Part shown: piece by piece, positions 39,479 to 52,446 of the stretch
Position numbering within the stretch: the stretch's first letter is position 1
Layout: the number at the start of each line of letters is the position of its first letter
Assembly: GCF_006345805.1 (NCBI RefSeq)
Contig: NC_043016.1
Coordinates: 26,970,001-27,034,000 of the forward strand
Direction of reading: 5' to 3'
Length of the DNA stretch: 64,000 nucleotides
DNA from: Octopus sinensis
Lineage: Eukaryota
Translations under genes and position numbers: made by a program
The notes under the pieces: generated by a model
The model's database searches: none
Told to the model about the DNA's origin: nothing
Seen by the model: only the letters and a program-made list of their open reading frames with translations

Positions 39479-39557
39479 TTATATATTGGGGTTGATTTCA
39501 GAACACCACCTTCACAAATAACTGCATCACATCTCATCTAAATTCCTAATTAATTTT

Positions 39558-39938
39558 GCAACAGGAGTGGCTGTGTGGTAAGATGCTTGCTTCCCAGTCA
39601 CATGGTTCTGGTTTAGACCCACTGCATGGCTCCTAGGGCAAGTGTCTTCTACTATAGCCTCAGGCTGACCAAATCCTTCAGTGGATTTAGTAGATGGAAA
39701 CTGAAAGAAGCCTGTCGTATAATATAATGTAATTGTGTGTCTGTTTGTCCCCCCCACCATTGCTTGACAACCAATGTTGGTGTGTTTACATCCCCTAACT
39801 TAGCGGTTCGGCAAAAGAGACCGATAGAATAAGTACTAGGCTTGCAAGAATAAGTCCTGGGGTTGATTTGTTTGGCTAAAGGCAGTGCTTCAGCCTGGCC
39901 CCTGTCAAGTGACTGAAGCAAGTAAAAGAATAAAAGAA
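39558..39938 (+). mobile_element. SINE family A
   Basis: Full-length match. Confidence 0.9.
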
Positions 39939-40299
39939 CTCATTTTGTAGCTTCTATGACCTGGTTCCACAGTTTGATATCTTTGTGGTTTCCTCTTTCT
40001 CTATCATGTCTTGTTTGCCTTTCTTACAGTTGACACTGGTGCTACTGTACCTGTCATTGACTATAATGCTTTCATCTATTATGTGATGGATTAATTCAAG
40101 TGCACAATGACTATATCTCTATTGGGCCAGCTGCTTTCTTTGCTTTCATATTTTATCCACCTGTTGTCAACCTGGATGGCCAATCCCTCTGTTAGGTTTG
40201 TTGGGACAGATTATCTTCTATGTATTCTCTATCTTCAGAGAAGAGGCAGAAAGCAATTTTGCATGCGTGTGCACATACGCACACATTCTTTTATTTGTT

Positions 40300-40347
<48 letters not shown>

Positions 40348-41323
40348 TTGTATATTACATTTCTTCCCAATGATATCATAATTCTCTTTAGTACACTGTT
40401 TAATAATACAAGACACCTTGTACCGCTGATCTTTTACATTGCAAATCACAAGCAAGCAGAGTATATTTGATGTCTAGCATCTCTTATAGCTTTTTTTATT
40501 CTTTTTGCTGGCTACCCTGTTTCTTCCAATTTATCCCCATCCTGTCTGTTATATAGCCATATCTACTGCACTCTTCCTCCACCATGTTACCTTCTGATTG
40601 GTTGAGGCCTTCAGTCAGAAACAGGTCGCTCTGAAGACACTCCTAGATTTTCTCGCTATTATAAGTTTCTGTCTCCTCTCCCTTGTCATCAAATGCTTTA
40701 ATTAGTACTTCACTGAATTTTTCTTCTACATCACTTGGTCCATCCAGAGCTTATTCTGAAGTCACTAATTACTAACTTATGGTGGGTGATGCATTTTTCA
40801 TAAAGGAAAGACTAAATGCTCATGACCATCTGTCAAGCCCATTTTCTGGTGAGAATGAAGACTATCTGGGGTTGGTGTCGTATGTCATAAGAATTTAGAA
40901 ACTTTGAGGGACGTGAAATAAAAACAGAACTTGTAAATAAAGCTAGTATTTAATCCAATAATTACATGTTATTTTTAGCATTATCTGCTTTGAGTTCTAC
41001 ACTTCAATATATATATATATATATATATTATATTGTGTGAAATTTGATTTAGTATTTCTAAATTGAATTTTTTTTCCCTGTAAGTTTGGAAGCACCATGT
41101 GATCGTGACCGTTTGCCAGCTTCGTCTGGCACAAAAACCACCCACTACACTCACGGAGTGGTTGGCGTTAGGAAGGGCATCCAGCCGTAGAAACACTGCC
41201 AGATCAGACTGGGCTTGGTGCAGCCTTCTGGCTTCCCAGACCCCAGTTGATCTGTCCAACCCATGCTAGCATGGAGAGCGGATGTTAAACGATGATGATG
41301 ATGATGATAGTGTTTATCCTCAC

Positions 41324-41823
41324 TTTAATGTGGATATTCTCTAAGAGATGATGAAATTGCAGTTTTAACCCCAGGAAGATATCTCTTCCAGCTGCTTTAT
41401 TCAGTGCACTTTCCACACTTGATATTTATTGCAAGCGTGAGGTAACTACTACCATCCTAGCTGTGCGACCACCAGGCTACATGATTTCAAACTTATTGGA
41501 TCTCTTCAGTGGTGGGCACTCATTTGCCAGGCACAGGAATAGTTTAACCTCACTTGCAATATATAGAAAATACGGTGTCATACAATTACTGATTCTGTAA
41601 CTAGGAAACTAGTCAGTTAGAATATCTCTGTTTGAGAAAGAAGCAGTACACAATCCAATAAGACTGAAATCACATGGTTTGGTGGTATCAAAGCTAGAAT
41701 GGTAAGAGTTATCTGGCACTTTTAATAAATATTGAGTGTGGAAAGTGCTCTGAAAAGACCTGCAGGAAGAGGTCTCTTCCTGGGATTAAAATTAGTAACG
41801 TCTCTTAGAGAACACACATTAAA
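41324..41823. mobile_element. Old element with diverged approx. 100-bp inverted arms and a degraded hammerhead in the spacer
   Basis: 41324-41430 is an imperfect reverse complement of 41724-41823; motif at 41463-41519 on the minus strand. Confidence 0.6.
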
Positions 41824-41882
41824 ATACTACCTTTTGGTTCGTATATTGCTTCTATCTTGAGCAGAAATTTTCTGAATAGTTT

Positions 41883-41916
<34 letters not shown>

Positions 41917-41921
<5 letters not shown>

Positions 41922-43911
41922 TATTATAAAAGGCAGATTTTATCTCTTATTATAAAAGGCAGATTTTATCTGCCTCTCTTTGGGAGTTATACAAATCTAC
42001 AATATAGGATTTCTTCAATTACAATTTACCTAGCATTTTTAAGAGTACAATGCATCGCATCATGCCAGGTCCAGTTTTTAAAATTTAAACTCCAATTAAG
42101 CAAAATTTACAGAAAACTCACATTCTGGTGTGTGTCAAATGCTTTTCTTAGTCTGGTTTACAGCACACGCAAACGCACACACACAGTGTGCAATGAATAA
42201 ACTGAAACTAATTCACTGTGTGTTGACAGGTAGAAAATAGAATGCGATGGCTATGGCGATGGCGATGTAATATTTGTTTCTCTCTATGACGCTCATAAAA
42301 GCATTGATGTACATGTGTGCGTGCGTGAGTGTGTGTGTGTCATTCCTCACACACACGCATACACATACATATATGAGAGTGGCAAACACAAACGTTTCAA
42401 ACAACTACATACAAACACGTGTGTGTTTGTTATTAGTAAAAAAAGGCGCCAAAACAACTCATTTATCATTCCAACACATTTGCAAAGACACACGGACGGT
42501 TGAATAACAATACAGAAAAGGTAAATTGGTTTTTATTTTACTCTGTATATATTTTATTATATAATATATATATAGATATATGTATATATAATTGCAACCC
42601 AACCGCCCGAAAAAAATTTTGGTTAATGTGACCAAGCCCCCGAATTTACCTATTCATATTTAAATGAGAATATCAGAGTAAATCTCTTTAGAACATTCGT
42701 GAAAACACGTATTATACTTCGTAAACAGTTCAACTACAGTTTTGTACAAAATCGAAGTGTAATTTTAATTCCGTGAATTATGGGAGATTTTTTTCCGAAA
42801 TTTGTTCCTATTGTGTTTTCAAAATTTGTAATTCTGACAAAAATGGATACGAATTTCATTATATCAAGCAGCGAGTCAGAATTCGAAGGATTTTCTACTG
42901 AAGACCTTCATAAATCTAACTCTATGACTGAAAAAAAAAAGCATGTGGTATTTGATCTCAACCTAAACAAAGCGAAAGAAACGATAGTTTGTTATTTCCC
43001 ACAACCTTAATGAAATTAAGGCCTATTTTGCCATAAATATTATTATGGGTATTAGAAAGTTACCCAGAATAACAAATTCTATCGTAAAATTTTGTTGTAT
43101 ACCCAATTGAATATTAGCTAATAACCCATTTTCTATAGCGATGTTTGAACAAAATTTTAATAATTTTATATATTGTTGAATTTACCTGTATCTACCTGCA
43201 ATTAGAGTCACTTTGTGACAAAAATTATAGTATAGAATTGGTTGAGAACATTTCACTAAATTATCTTCCAAAAATCAGATTAATGTATTCATAAATAAAA
43301 AAGTTATAGTTGTTTAATGAAACCAGACTAAATTTATGATTACGTTAGAAATTAATTGAAACACATAAGGGGTGTTTTTGGTCAGAAATATAGTAACGAA
43401 AGAGTTAAGAAAAACCAAAAAATATTTTATTCTTTGTAAATGTTGTGTTCAAAATAACATTTTCTTTTAAGAATGTGTATATAACAAAGTATGTGTATAT
43501 AACTACGTGGCTTATATCTTTATATATAAGAGTGAAGTTGTGTGTCTGTCTCCTACGATTTAGATTCGTAACTACTCCCACATTTTGCGGTGTAGTTTAA
43601 CCAAAAGCGGGTATCTTATAGTCGTGATTCATATCGAGCCCTTCTGGGTATTAGCGCGCGTCTACGATGAGTCTACGATTTAAAAAAAATTTACCATCAT
43701 ATTTTTCCATTTTAATGCATATTTTTCGTTATTATATAAGGGAAGTAACTCTCTAAAAATATCTACGATGTGTCAACGATTTAAAAAAAAATTACCTTAA
43801 TTTTTTTCAATTTTTAATGCATTTTTTTGCTATTTTTTGGCTATAACTCTCTAAAAATGCTTATATAGTTATTTCCCTTACAAACCCGAGCAACGCCGGG
43901 CGATACTGCTA

Positions 43912-43912
<1 letters not shown>
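41917..43912 (+). mobile_element. Composite non-autonomous Helitron
   Basis: 5' TC after A; 3' hairpin CCCG..CGGG followed by CTAG then T; second Helitron-like 5' end at 43517; inserted in (TA)n. Confidence 0.8.
42597..43404 (+). mobile_element. Internally deleted piggyBac derivative with transposase remnants
   Basis: Acidic N-terminus MDTNFIISSSESEFEGF; NEIKAYFAINIIMGIRKLPRI; right end GTAACGAAAGAG-TTAA resembling MITE family 1; left TIR missing. Confidence 0.78.
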
Positions 43913-43947
<35 letters not shown>

Positions 43948-43967
43948 GCACACGCACACATGCACAC

Positions 43968-44215
43968 TTTTATTTTTTACTTGATTCAGTCATTAGACTA
44001 GGCACCACCTTGAAGAGTTTTAGTTGAATGACTTGATCCCAGTACTTATTCTTTAAACCTGGTACTTATTCTATTGGTGTCCTTTGCTGAACTGCTAAGT
44101 GGTGGTGGGGAACACACACATGCACACAAATATATACTTCTTTCAGTTTCCGTCTATCAATTCCACTTACAAAGATTTAGTTGGTGAGGCTGTAGCAGAA
44201 GACACTTGGCCAAGT
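43968..44215 (-). mobile_element. SINE family A, degraded
   Basis: Consensus blocks with deletions. Confidence 0.7.
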
Positions 44216-44419
44216 GTGTAATCATGAGGGATTGGGTTCAATTCTGCTGCATAGTATTTTGAGCAAATGACTTTCAGCATAACCCTGGGATGGCCAAATC
44301 TTGTGAATAACGTTGGATAGAGGAAAACTGTGGAAACCCTTCACATAGACTATGCCTTTATAATTCAAAAGGTCAGTATTGTCACAATGATTCATGCTTA
44401 TTCTAGTTAGGAAGCACCT

Positions 44420-44620
44420 TAACCCGTTTGTTACCAACCTGGCTGATATATCTTGTTTTCATAAGTTTTGAATTAAAATCTTCCACCAAACCTTAGTCAC
44501 AATTTATGTTCCTAACACTAAGCTTAATGATAACTAAGTTATTTTACTTTGTTATATTTAAAGTAACCGAAAGAAACACAGAACATCTCAAGGTACAGTG
44601 AAGTGATTACAAAGGATTGA
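44420..44620. mobile_element. piggyBac-type MITE family 1, degraded
   Basis: Internal sequence nearly identical to 3690-3815. Confidence 0.8.
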
Positions 44621-44859
44621 ACTGAGTGGGCAGGAGGAAATTTCATAAGAATGTGAGGAGATCTAGTTAGAGATGGGATAAAGGTGACTGTAATAAGTGA
44701 TGGTGATGTGTATGTGTCTGTGTGTGTGTGTGTGTGTGAGTGAGACAGCTAATCTGTGTGGTGAGGTTTGCTTTTGCTCTAAATAATATTCTTTGTTCCA
44801 AGTCCCTGGGATTCTGGTGTTCCAATTTGGCTTACTAGTTGAAGCTAAATATTCTTAAC

Positions 44860-45190
44860 AAACTGTGCTTTTCTTCTGACTTATCTGAGACAGGTAAGTG
44901 GGTTAGCAATACCATCTTCATAAGTATTCTCACTTTCCACATTACTACATAAGTTGTAATTGGGGCGTATGCTTTGAGAACTGTAATCTATGGTCCTCTG
45001 CCAGCTTCAATGGCTCAAGAAATTTAAGTACTTAAAGCCTAATAGACTGCAATCTTAATCTGGTTCTGTGTATAATCCCAAGCGACTCTTGCAGCTATAC
45101 AGATAAAGAACATTCTTCTTAATACTTGGAGGAGGCCATTCCACTGATGACAATGCATGCAAGATGTTCATTTAAGAAGTAAAGGATGTT
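44860..45190 (-). mobile_element. Degraded LINE AP endonuclease remnant (RTE-like)
   Basis: Minus strand ITVLKAYAPIT (cf. YAPT). Confidence 0.45.
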
Positions 45191-45879
45191 TGCTCACCTC
45201 TCAAATTGTAACCAGACATTTCTTGCTCTTTTTACTAAAGAGAGCTGAACTAACTTTGTTAGTGAGTAACATGTCTGCTGATGAAAGCACTACATTTTCC
45301 TGATTGTTGTGCTTCCATTCTTCAACTCCTGTCATGTTACCAAATGTGATAACTTCTTTGAGCTCTTCAATTAACCAAATTAATCTTGGTAGCATCTCCC
45401 TTATTACCCACAATTGTGTATCCCATTACTAATCAGTGCAACTTAATGACTTTTGCTTTCATTTTCCTCAGAAGTGATTGTGACAGATACAAGTTACCAT
45501 CTCTTTCATCATCTTGAACCCTGTCACTTCCTTTCTCAGTGACCACCGTTATACAGTACTTGATTTTCTGTTAGGCACCAGTGGCTTCTGGTGTTTTTAA
45601 AAAATTGCAGTGAAACTAATGTTGCAGCCCTTGATATCATAGACTAACCAATGTCTTATGAGTGAATTTGGTAGATAGAAACTCTGTGTGTGTGTATCCC
45701 CCTGCCCGTTTGACAACTGGTGTCGGTTTACTCTTTTACTTGTTTGTCATTTGACTGCGGCCATACTGGAGCACCGCCTTTAGTTGAGCAGATCGACCCC
45801 AGGACTTATTCTTCGGAAGCCTAGTACTTATTCTATCGGTCTTTTATGCCATCTGTCTCTTGCTTCTTGGATCAAAATT

Positions 45880-46010
45880 TTCCTCATAAGTTACTCTATT
45901 ACAGCATGCACACATCTATGATCTACCTTTTATCAATACTGGTGTGCCACAAGATTCTGTTATACCAATTACACTTTTACTTGTTTGTTATAACCATATA
46001 GACTCTTTTA
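45880..46010 (+). mobile_element. Short degraded LINE RT remnant
   Basis: INTGVPQDSVIP (cf. GVPQGS). Confidence 0.45.
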
Positions 46011-47439
46011 CTATGCAAATGCCATCATCTGTCATCGTACAATTTGAGGCACTGACTTCATGGACAGACCAGCAAGCCAGTGAGTTCTTTATCAGTTTCC
46101 AGAGTCGTAGTTCTGCTTTCAGTGGTGAACTATATACCACACTGTGGTACCTACATACAGCTTGGTGGTCTGGATGGCCTGTTCACAGTAGTATCTTAGC
46201 CATGAACTTAGTAAATGTTACTGACAGGATTGAATGTGCTGACCTTTTCAGCTGATTGTCCTTTCCAAAACATTCACACAATGGATATAGTAATGTTCCA
46301 TTCACTATACTCATTAAATTCCTGTTTGCTGCGACCTAAAGTTATAATTCAAACTGTCAAAGTCTGTGTGAATCTTGATCTCAGAAACTGGGTGGAAATG
46401 TTCTAGGTATGTGATCCCAAGGAGGAAGAATCCCAAATTATTAAATAGCCATAAAACAAAATACAACGGACTGTGTGTTTGTATGGAGTAAGCAATAGGA
46501 AGTTATTCTTTTTTTCTATTTTATCAAAAGAGTAAGAAAAAACAAAAACAAACATAGCTAATTCATCACTAAACCACAAACTAAATTAGTTTTGAGTAAA
46601 ATAACCTACTTATTAACACTCCGAACAACTCTTATCTTGTAATAACACTCTTAACATACACCACCAGATGGCATTAAAAAAAAAAAAAATAAATATTAGC
46701 AATGAAAAAAAAAAAGCCCATTAAAGAAAAGTGGGTTGGTGTTTTTTGGAGGTGGTGTGGGTGGGAGAAACCTCCACCACCATTTCCACATCATTAACCC
46801 TTCCTTTCCCTACCTCAAAGTTGTTATCCTATCTAAAAAATATTGCATTTCCACTGAGAAAATATTTCCATGTATGTGGTGGTGGTGGTGGATACATGGT
46901 ATCTTTTCCGATGATATCAGGCTGAGAATACTTGAGAAAACTTATTATGCAAGAGCCTTCTCTTACATCATTGGTGGTGGTGGTAGGAGGAGGGAGGTGG
47001 GACAGTTCTTTTTTCTGTTGATGGGTTAGTTAGGAAGTACAGTATAGTTGTTTGCCTTTTTTGTTTCATGATTGGTTAAGGTGTGAAAACTCATTAGCAA
47101 TGTTATTAAGCCTTGGATCACCTGTGATACAAGAAACAGACCTTTAAAGCCTAATATATTAAAAAATACTTTATTGTGTATCTTGGGTATGGTCTGAGAA
47201 AGATTTGGCCACTGGTTTTATTTGAATCCCGTGGAATCTTTTTTAACTCTGAAAGTGGAATATGTGGAATCTAAAATGCTTTTCCATCAACCCATATTTA
47301 TAAAATAACATTCAAGCATCATTTTACCTCAGTTTTCCGTGTGTCGTAGGTTGGATCCATGCATCTTCATGATAACAGGTAACCGCCATGGACTTCAGGT
47401 CTAGATTTAGAAAATTCTATTTTGTTTCCTCTTTACATC

Positions 47440-48090
47440 ACTTATAAATGGTGTGTGGTCAAGGAATTTGATTCCCAACCACATTTTCATGTTCAGTTCC
47501 ACTGTGTGACATTTTGGATAAATATACTTTATTATAGCCCTAGCCAACCAGAGCCTTTTGAGTGAATTCCATAGATGGAAACTGAAAGAAGCCTGTTGTC
47601 TTAGTATGTTTGTCCCTTTGTTTTGACATGGCATGATAGTTGTGAATGTGACTGTCATACATGCAATGTCACTCATTTCCAACATTCTATGAAAACGTTT
47701 GGTCATGTGAAAATATTGACTTACTGGGAAACCAGAGAAAGTTAGTGACATTAATGGCGTCCGGTCATAGAAAATGTGACTCCTGCAAAAATGGAGAAGT
47801 GGATGTGAAACAGTGATGATGCTATATGTGAGTCGGTGTATTTGTTTCCTTGTCTTGATGCTGCTTGATGATTGTAATGTCACTGTCACACAAGCAGTGT
47901 CATTTATTTCCAATATTCTGTGAAAACTTGTCCAGCCATAGGGAAATGTTTATTACCTTACTTGGATGATGGAAACGAGTGAAGGTTGGTGACAGGAAGG
48001 GCATCCAGCTGCAGACAATTTGCCTCAGTGAATTCTGCCTGTCCTTCCATCCAATGCAAGTATAGAAAGTGTTAAAATGGTAATGATGAC
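47440..48090 (+). mobile_element. SINE with family A head, duplicated body and family C (RTE-type) tail
   Basis: Head to gaaactgaaagaagcc; body unit repeated at about 47607 and 47840; ggtgacaggaagggcatccagctg; ends gttaaaatggtaatgatg. Confidence 0.6.
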
Positions 48091-48431
48091 TTAACACCAT
48101 TGCTTTACAATAATGGTCAACCACAATCACTGCCATGATAATGTTTTTCTGAAGATTTTTAATTAAGATTGTTTTTGCTATCTCAAGTAGAATATTTATC
48201 AAATTTACCACCTCCCTGCTCTCTCACTCTTTCCTTCTTTCCTGTCACAGACCTCCCACTTCAGTTTCAATTTTCCAAATCAGTTTTATTCATACATGTA
48301 ATCCAAAAAGCACAAGATACTGTAAATGAAGTCTACAAAATGCATTTTCTGAGAGAGTGTGTTATGGCTGTCTGGTTTAAGGGCTGTGAGAAATAATCCT
48401 TTTGATGCCAACTTGACTGTGACCACCCCTA

Positions 48432-48669
48432 CTTCTTATTTCTTTACTGACCACAAGGGGCTAAACACAGAGGGGACAAACAAGGACAGACAAACGGATT
48501 AAGTCGATTATATCGACCCCAGTGCGTAACTGGTACTTATTTAATTGACTCTGGAAGGATGGAAGGTAAAGTTGACCTTGGCGGAATTTGAACTCAGAAC
48601 GTAGCGGCAGACGAAATACCGCTGAGCATTTTGCCTGGCGTACTAATGTTTCTGCCAGCTCGCCGCCTT
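48432..48669 (-). mobile_element. SINE family B, near full length
   Basis: Well-preserved copy ending ctgccagctcgccgcctt. Confidence 0.9.
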
Positions 48670-48671
48670 AC

Positions 48672-49255
48672 ACAGTCATACAAACTTCCTGTTTTAAAGT
48701 GATCTAAATTAAAACATTCCATAAAAATTTCATATTAATTTATGTTCTTAACACCAGTTTAATGAATTTTTCTTTCTACTAAATTCTTCATTGTTCTCAA
48801 AATTAATTCAAACAAAGGCAGTATATTTTACCGGAAATATAACAAGAAGGTTAAAGTGATTTAATCCTTTAGCATTCGGATTATTCTGTCAAATGACTGC
48901 TTATTCACATTGCTTTGAACTAATCATGTGTTATCTCATAGTCTTGAGTTAATGATGTGGATTGTTTATTTTTAGAATGTCATTGTAAGGTAAAAATGTA
49001 AGAGGCTGAAATCTGGCCAGTTTTAACAAAGCTGGTGGAATATTTTGGCAGGAAGAGGCCATTTTAACTGCTGATGGGTTAAACTAAAAGCTTTCATAGA
49101 AATTTCATGCTATTTGCCAAACTCTGCATAGTAATGACAGTTATTTTACTCCATTCTTCATTGAAATGCAGAGTGTATTTCAACTGAAATATAATGAAAG
49201 GGTTAAAGAAATCTAGATTTAAGCCTTCCATCAAAATTTCATGTTGGAATTGAAA
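48672..49255. mobile_element. Cluster of nested piggyBac-type MITEs
   Basis: Several ends of the form aagg(g)ttaa at about 48853, 49082 and 49205; family 2 copy at 48862-49082. Confidence 0.7.
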
Positions 49256-49604
49256 AGAAACAAACAAATTACTGTCTCAGGTAAGACACTCGTCTAACAT
49301 GATGGCAAAGAGAAACAAATTAAATGAATTCAAACTTCATTTTGTTTTCTTGTTGCTGCAGTGGGCCTGGTGCTCAAAAAAGGTTCACAATAAATTTTTG
49401 CAAATGAGGGACAATGCAAGATAAGTTTGAATACCATTGGGTTATTAATAATAATAATAAAGAATAAAATGTTTCGAATGGTACAACAATGCACTATAAT
49501 ACAAACAATGGGCTATATTACCTGTTGTAATTTAACTATCCATAGTCTGATAATATTTCGGAATAAAATTCCTTCCTGTGATATCCCTAGGAATTGATGG
49601 AGAA

Positions 49605-49807
49605 TCCTTTCTACTAAAGGCACAAAGCCTGAAATTTATTGGGAGGGGACTAGTCGGTTACATCAACTCCACTGTTTCAGTGGTTCTTATTTCATTAACC
49701 CTGAAAGGATGAAAGGCAAAGTTGACCTTAGCAGAGATTGAACTCAGAATGAGACAAAACGAAATGCCACTAAGCATTTTGCCTGGCAAGCTAATGATTC
49801 TGCCAGA
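49605..49807 (-). mobile_element. SINE family B
   Basis: Consensus blocks. Confidence 0.8.
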
Positions 49808-51477
49808 TAATAGTACTTTTGTAGATCCCAGAAGTTGGCAAAATTATAAAGATGACGACAAAAATATTTTTTTGTAATTAAAAAGATATGTATTGTTTGG
49901 ATTTGTGATTGTGAAGATAGAGCTGTGCTTTTAGTGACTTATTTTATTAACACACCATGCCAAAGATTAGATAATTCAGTTGATGTAATTTTAATTATTA
50001 ATGATACTTTTAGTATTATCTAGCTCTAAACTTTTATATGTCATATAAAAGGAATTAGATTTACTTTTACCAAGCTTGGTAAAAATTTAAGTGTTGCAAC
50101 TAAAAAGCCCAAAACTTTTCAAATTTTAATTGATCAAAGGGAGAAATAGTACTTTGAGTCACTCTCTCTTTGTTCTAACTCCCTGTCCTCCTCAACCTCT
50201 CTCTTTTCTGTCTCAGTCCTCTCTCCCTCTCTCTTGGTCCTCTCTCTCTCTCTTCTCAGTCTTCTCTCTCTCTGTCCTCTCTCTTTCTGTCCCAGTCCTC
50301 TCTCTCTCTTCTGTCCCAGTCCCCTCTCCTTTTTTCTCTTGTCCTGAATCTTGCTCTCTCTCTCTCTGATTTCACCACTGTCTTTCTCTGTCCATTTATT
50401 CTATCTATTCCACACTCCCTCTCTCTGTCATTTTCTATGTTACCTCTGCATGTCTTATCTACTTTTCTCTTCATTTCTCTTACCCCCCCCCTCCACTTCT
50501 GTTCTCTTTATCACCCATTCCTATTCTCTCATACCTCTCCCCTACTCACTCTTTCACTCACACCACCCCTATTATCCCTTTTTTTTGTTCTCTTGTTTTC
50601 TTAATCTGTTAAAAATTAACCAAAATAGTATCAATCCCACTGCATGCTGAAAGTGTTTAGTTGTTACTGCAGCAGTTAGGGAGCAGTTAATTTCAAGGAG
50701 AGAACATTTATGTTCTGTATTACATTGCATGGCATGTGCTTGCTCTATCTCTCTCTCTCACACACATACAGAGGAGGGAGGGAGGGAGGTAACTGTAACG
50801 GAAGAAAGAGTATGTGTGCATTAATGCATATGTGCATACAAATACACCAGATATGAGTAAAAGCACTGGGTTCAGTTTAGAGGTACAAGGTAAGAGTGCA
50901 ACAAAGAGAAGACTTAGAGGCAGGATAAAAGAGAGGAAAAATAGTATTGTGGCATATTGAAGTCGGATTGTAAAGGCTGAAAGAGACTAGTGTCACTCTC
51001 ACTCTCAAATATTTTAAGTCCTTATAAGTGACTATTGGTGATGATTGGTCACAGGTTAACTCCCATCAAGCAGTCTTGTGATTAAAGCATTTCTGCCATG
51101 ACCATCTCTTATTATTTTTAGACAATGCTATATTCCAAGCCTACATTGGCCAATGTCTGTATCAGTTTTTGTTTGTTGTTGAAGATGGCGAGCTATTACT
51201 TAAGTTTGGCTGCTATTTCTTGCATGTTGAGTGACCACATAGAAGCTTCATTTATGTTTGTGTGTGCAAGATGCAGTATGTATTTGTGTGTCATTTAAAA
51301 CATTGCCCTATGCAGTAACTTATATAGGTGTAAGTATGAACCTTATCACTGCTGTCATTGTGCTGCACCCTTGAAAAATGCGCATCGAGGTTTGCATTAG
51401 TCTAAAATGACATCTTTGCACATCAATGATTAATACTAACTGTAGTACCATCTAGTTGTAAAAATATTAGACTTAGT

Positions 51478-52070
51478 TGCGTGGTAAGAAACTTGCTTCC
51501 CAACCACTTGGTTCCGTATTCAGTCACACTGTGTAGCACCTTGGGTAAGAGTTTTCTCCTATAGCCTCGGGCCAACCAAAGTCTTCTGAGTGGATTTGAT
51601 AGATGGAAACTGAAAGAAGCCCATCATATATATATATATATATATTGTTCAATGCTCGAAATGAGGAGTAGATGGAAAGCAGACAACTGATGAAGGGTCA
51701 TTCTTTGTTATTTGTCCTGTTTTCCATTTGTTTCTCTCATTTATGTATGTATTCAACGCTTTTGTTTTCATATGCCATGTTGTTTTTGGTTTATGATGTC
51801 CTGTACCCATATATGCATATATATATATATATTATATATAATATATATACATATATATGTGCTTGTGTCTTTGTGTTTGCTCCCCCCCATCACCGCTTGA
51901 CAACTGGTGTTAGCGTGTTTATGTCCCTTTATCCTAGTGGTTTGCCAAAAGAGACTGATAGAATAAGTACTAGGCTTAAAAAAAGAAGCCTTAGGATGGG
52001 TGTTTGATTAAAACCTTTGAAAGAAGTGCTCCAGCATGGCCACTGACTGAAACAAAAGAATTAAAGAATA
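51478..52070 (+). mobile_element. SINE family A with a 170-bp insertion (51646-51812) in its central (TA)n
   Basis: Both SINE halves flank a unique hairpin-containing insert. Confidence 0.82.
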
Positions 52071-52446
52071 GCACCTTATTCTCTCTAACCCTAACTTTCT
52101 AACTCTATCCTAGATCCTTTATTACCTGCCCAAGACAACTTCAGTAATTTACCCAGCTGCTGGTGCCATGTAAAAAGCACTCAGTGCACTCTGTAAAGTA
52201 GTTGATGTTAAGAAGGACATCCAGCTGTAGAAACCATGCCAGAACAGATGATAGAAGCTAGTGTGGGCCTTGGCCTTACCAGCTCCTGTCAAACTGTCTA
52301 AGCCATGCCAGTATAGAAAATGGAAGTTAAATGATGATGAGGATGACTGGATGTTCTAGGTTACCAACTTAACACCTGCCTTAGTTCCATGTTTGTAATC
52401 TACCAATACCGCTCGTTAGTCATTTTCTAATGATATAAGACCAATA

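Noticed and set aside
40590-40645. GAAACAGGTC..CTGAAGA as a permuted hammerhead
   Set aside because: Only 3 nt between the cleavage site and the core, so stem I cannot form, and stem II has no partner.
44885-49290. Strong donor-like sites (CAG|GTAAGT near 44893, CAG|GTAAGA near 49280) as host exons
   Set aside because: No supported acceptor or open coding frame, and the first lies in a LINE remnant.
49545-49590. Minus-strand GGAAT-TTT-ATTCC-GAAA hammerhead-like half
   Set aside because: The core is unrecognisable and stem I does not pair.
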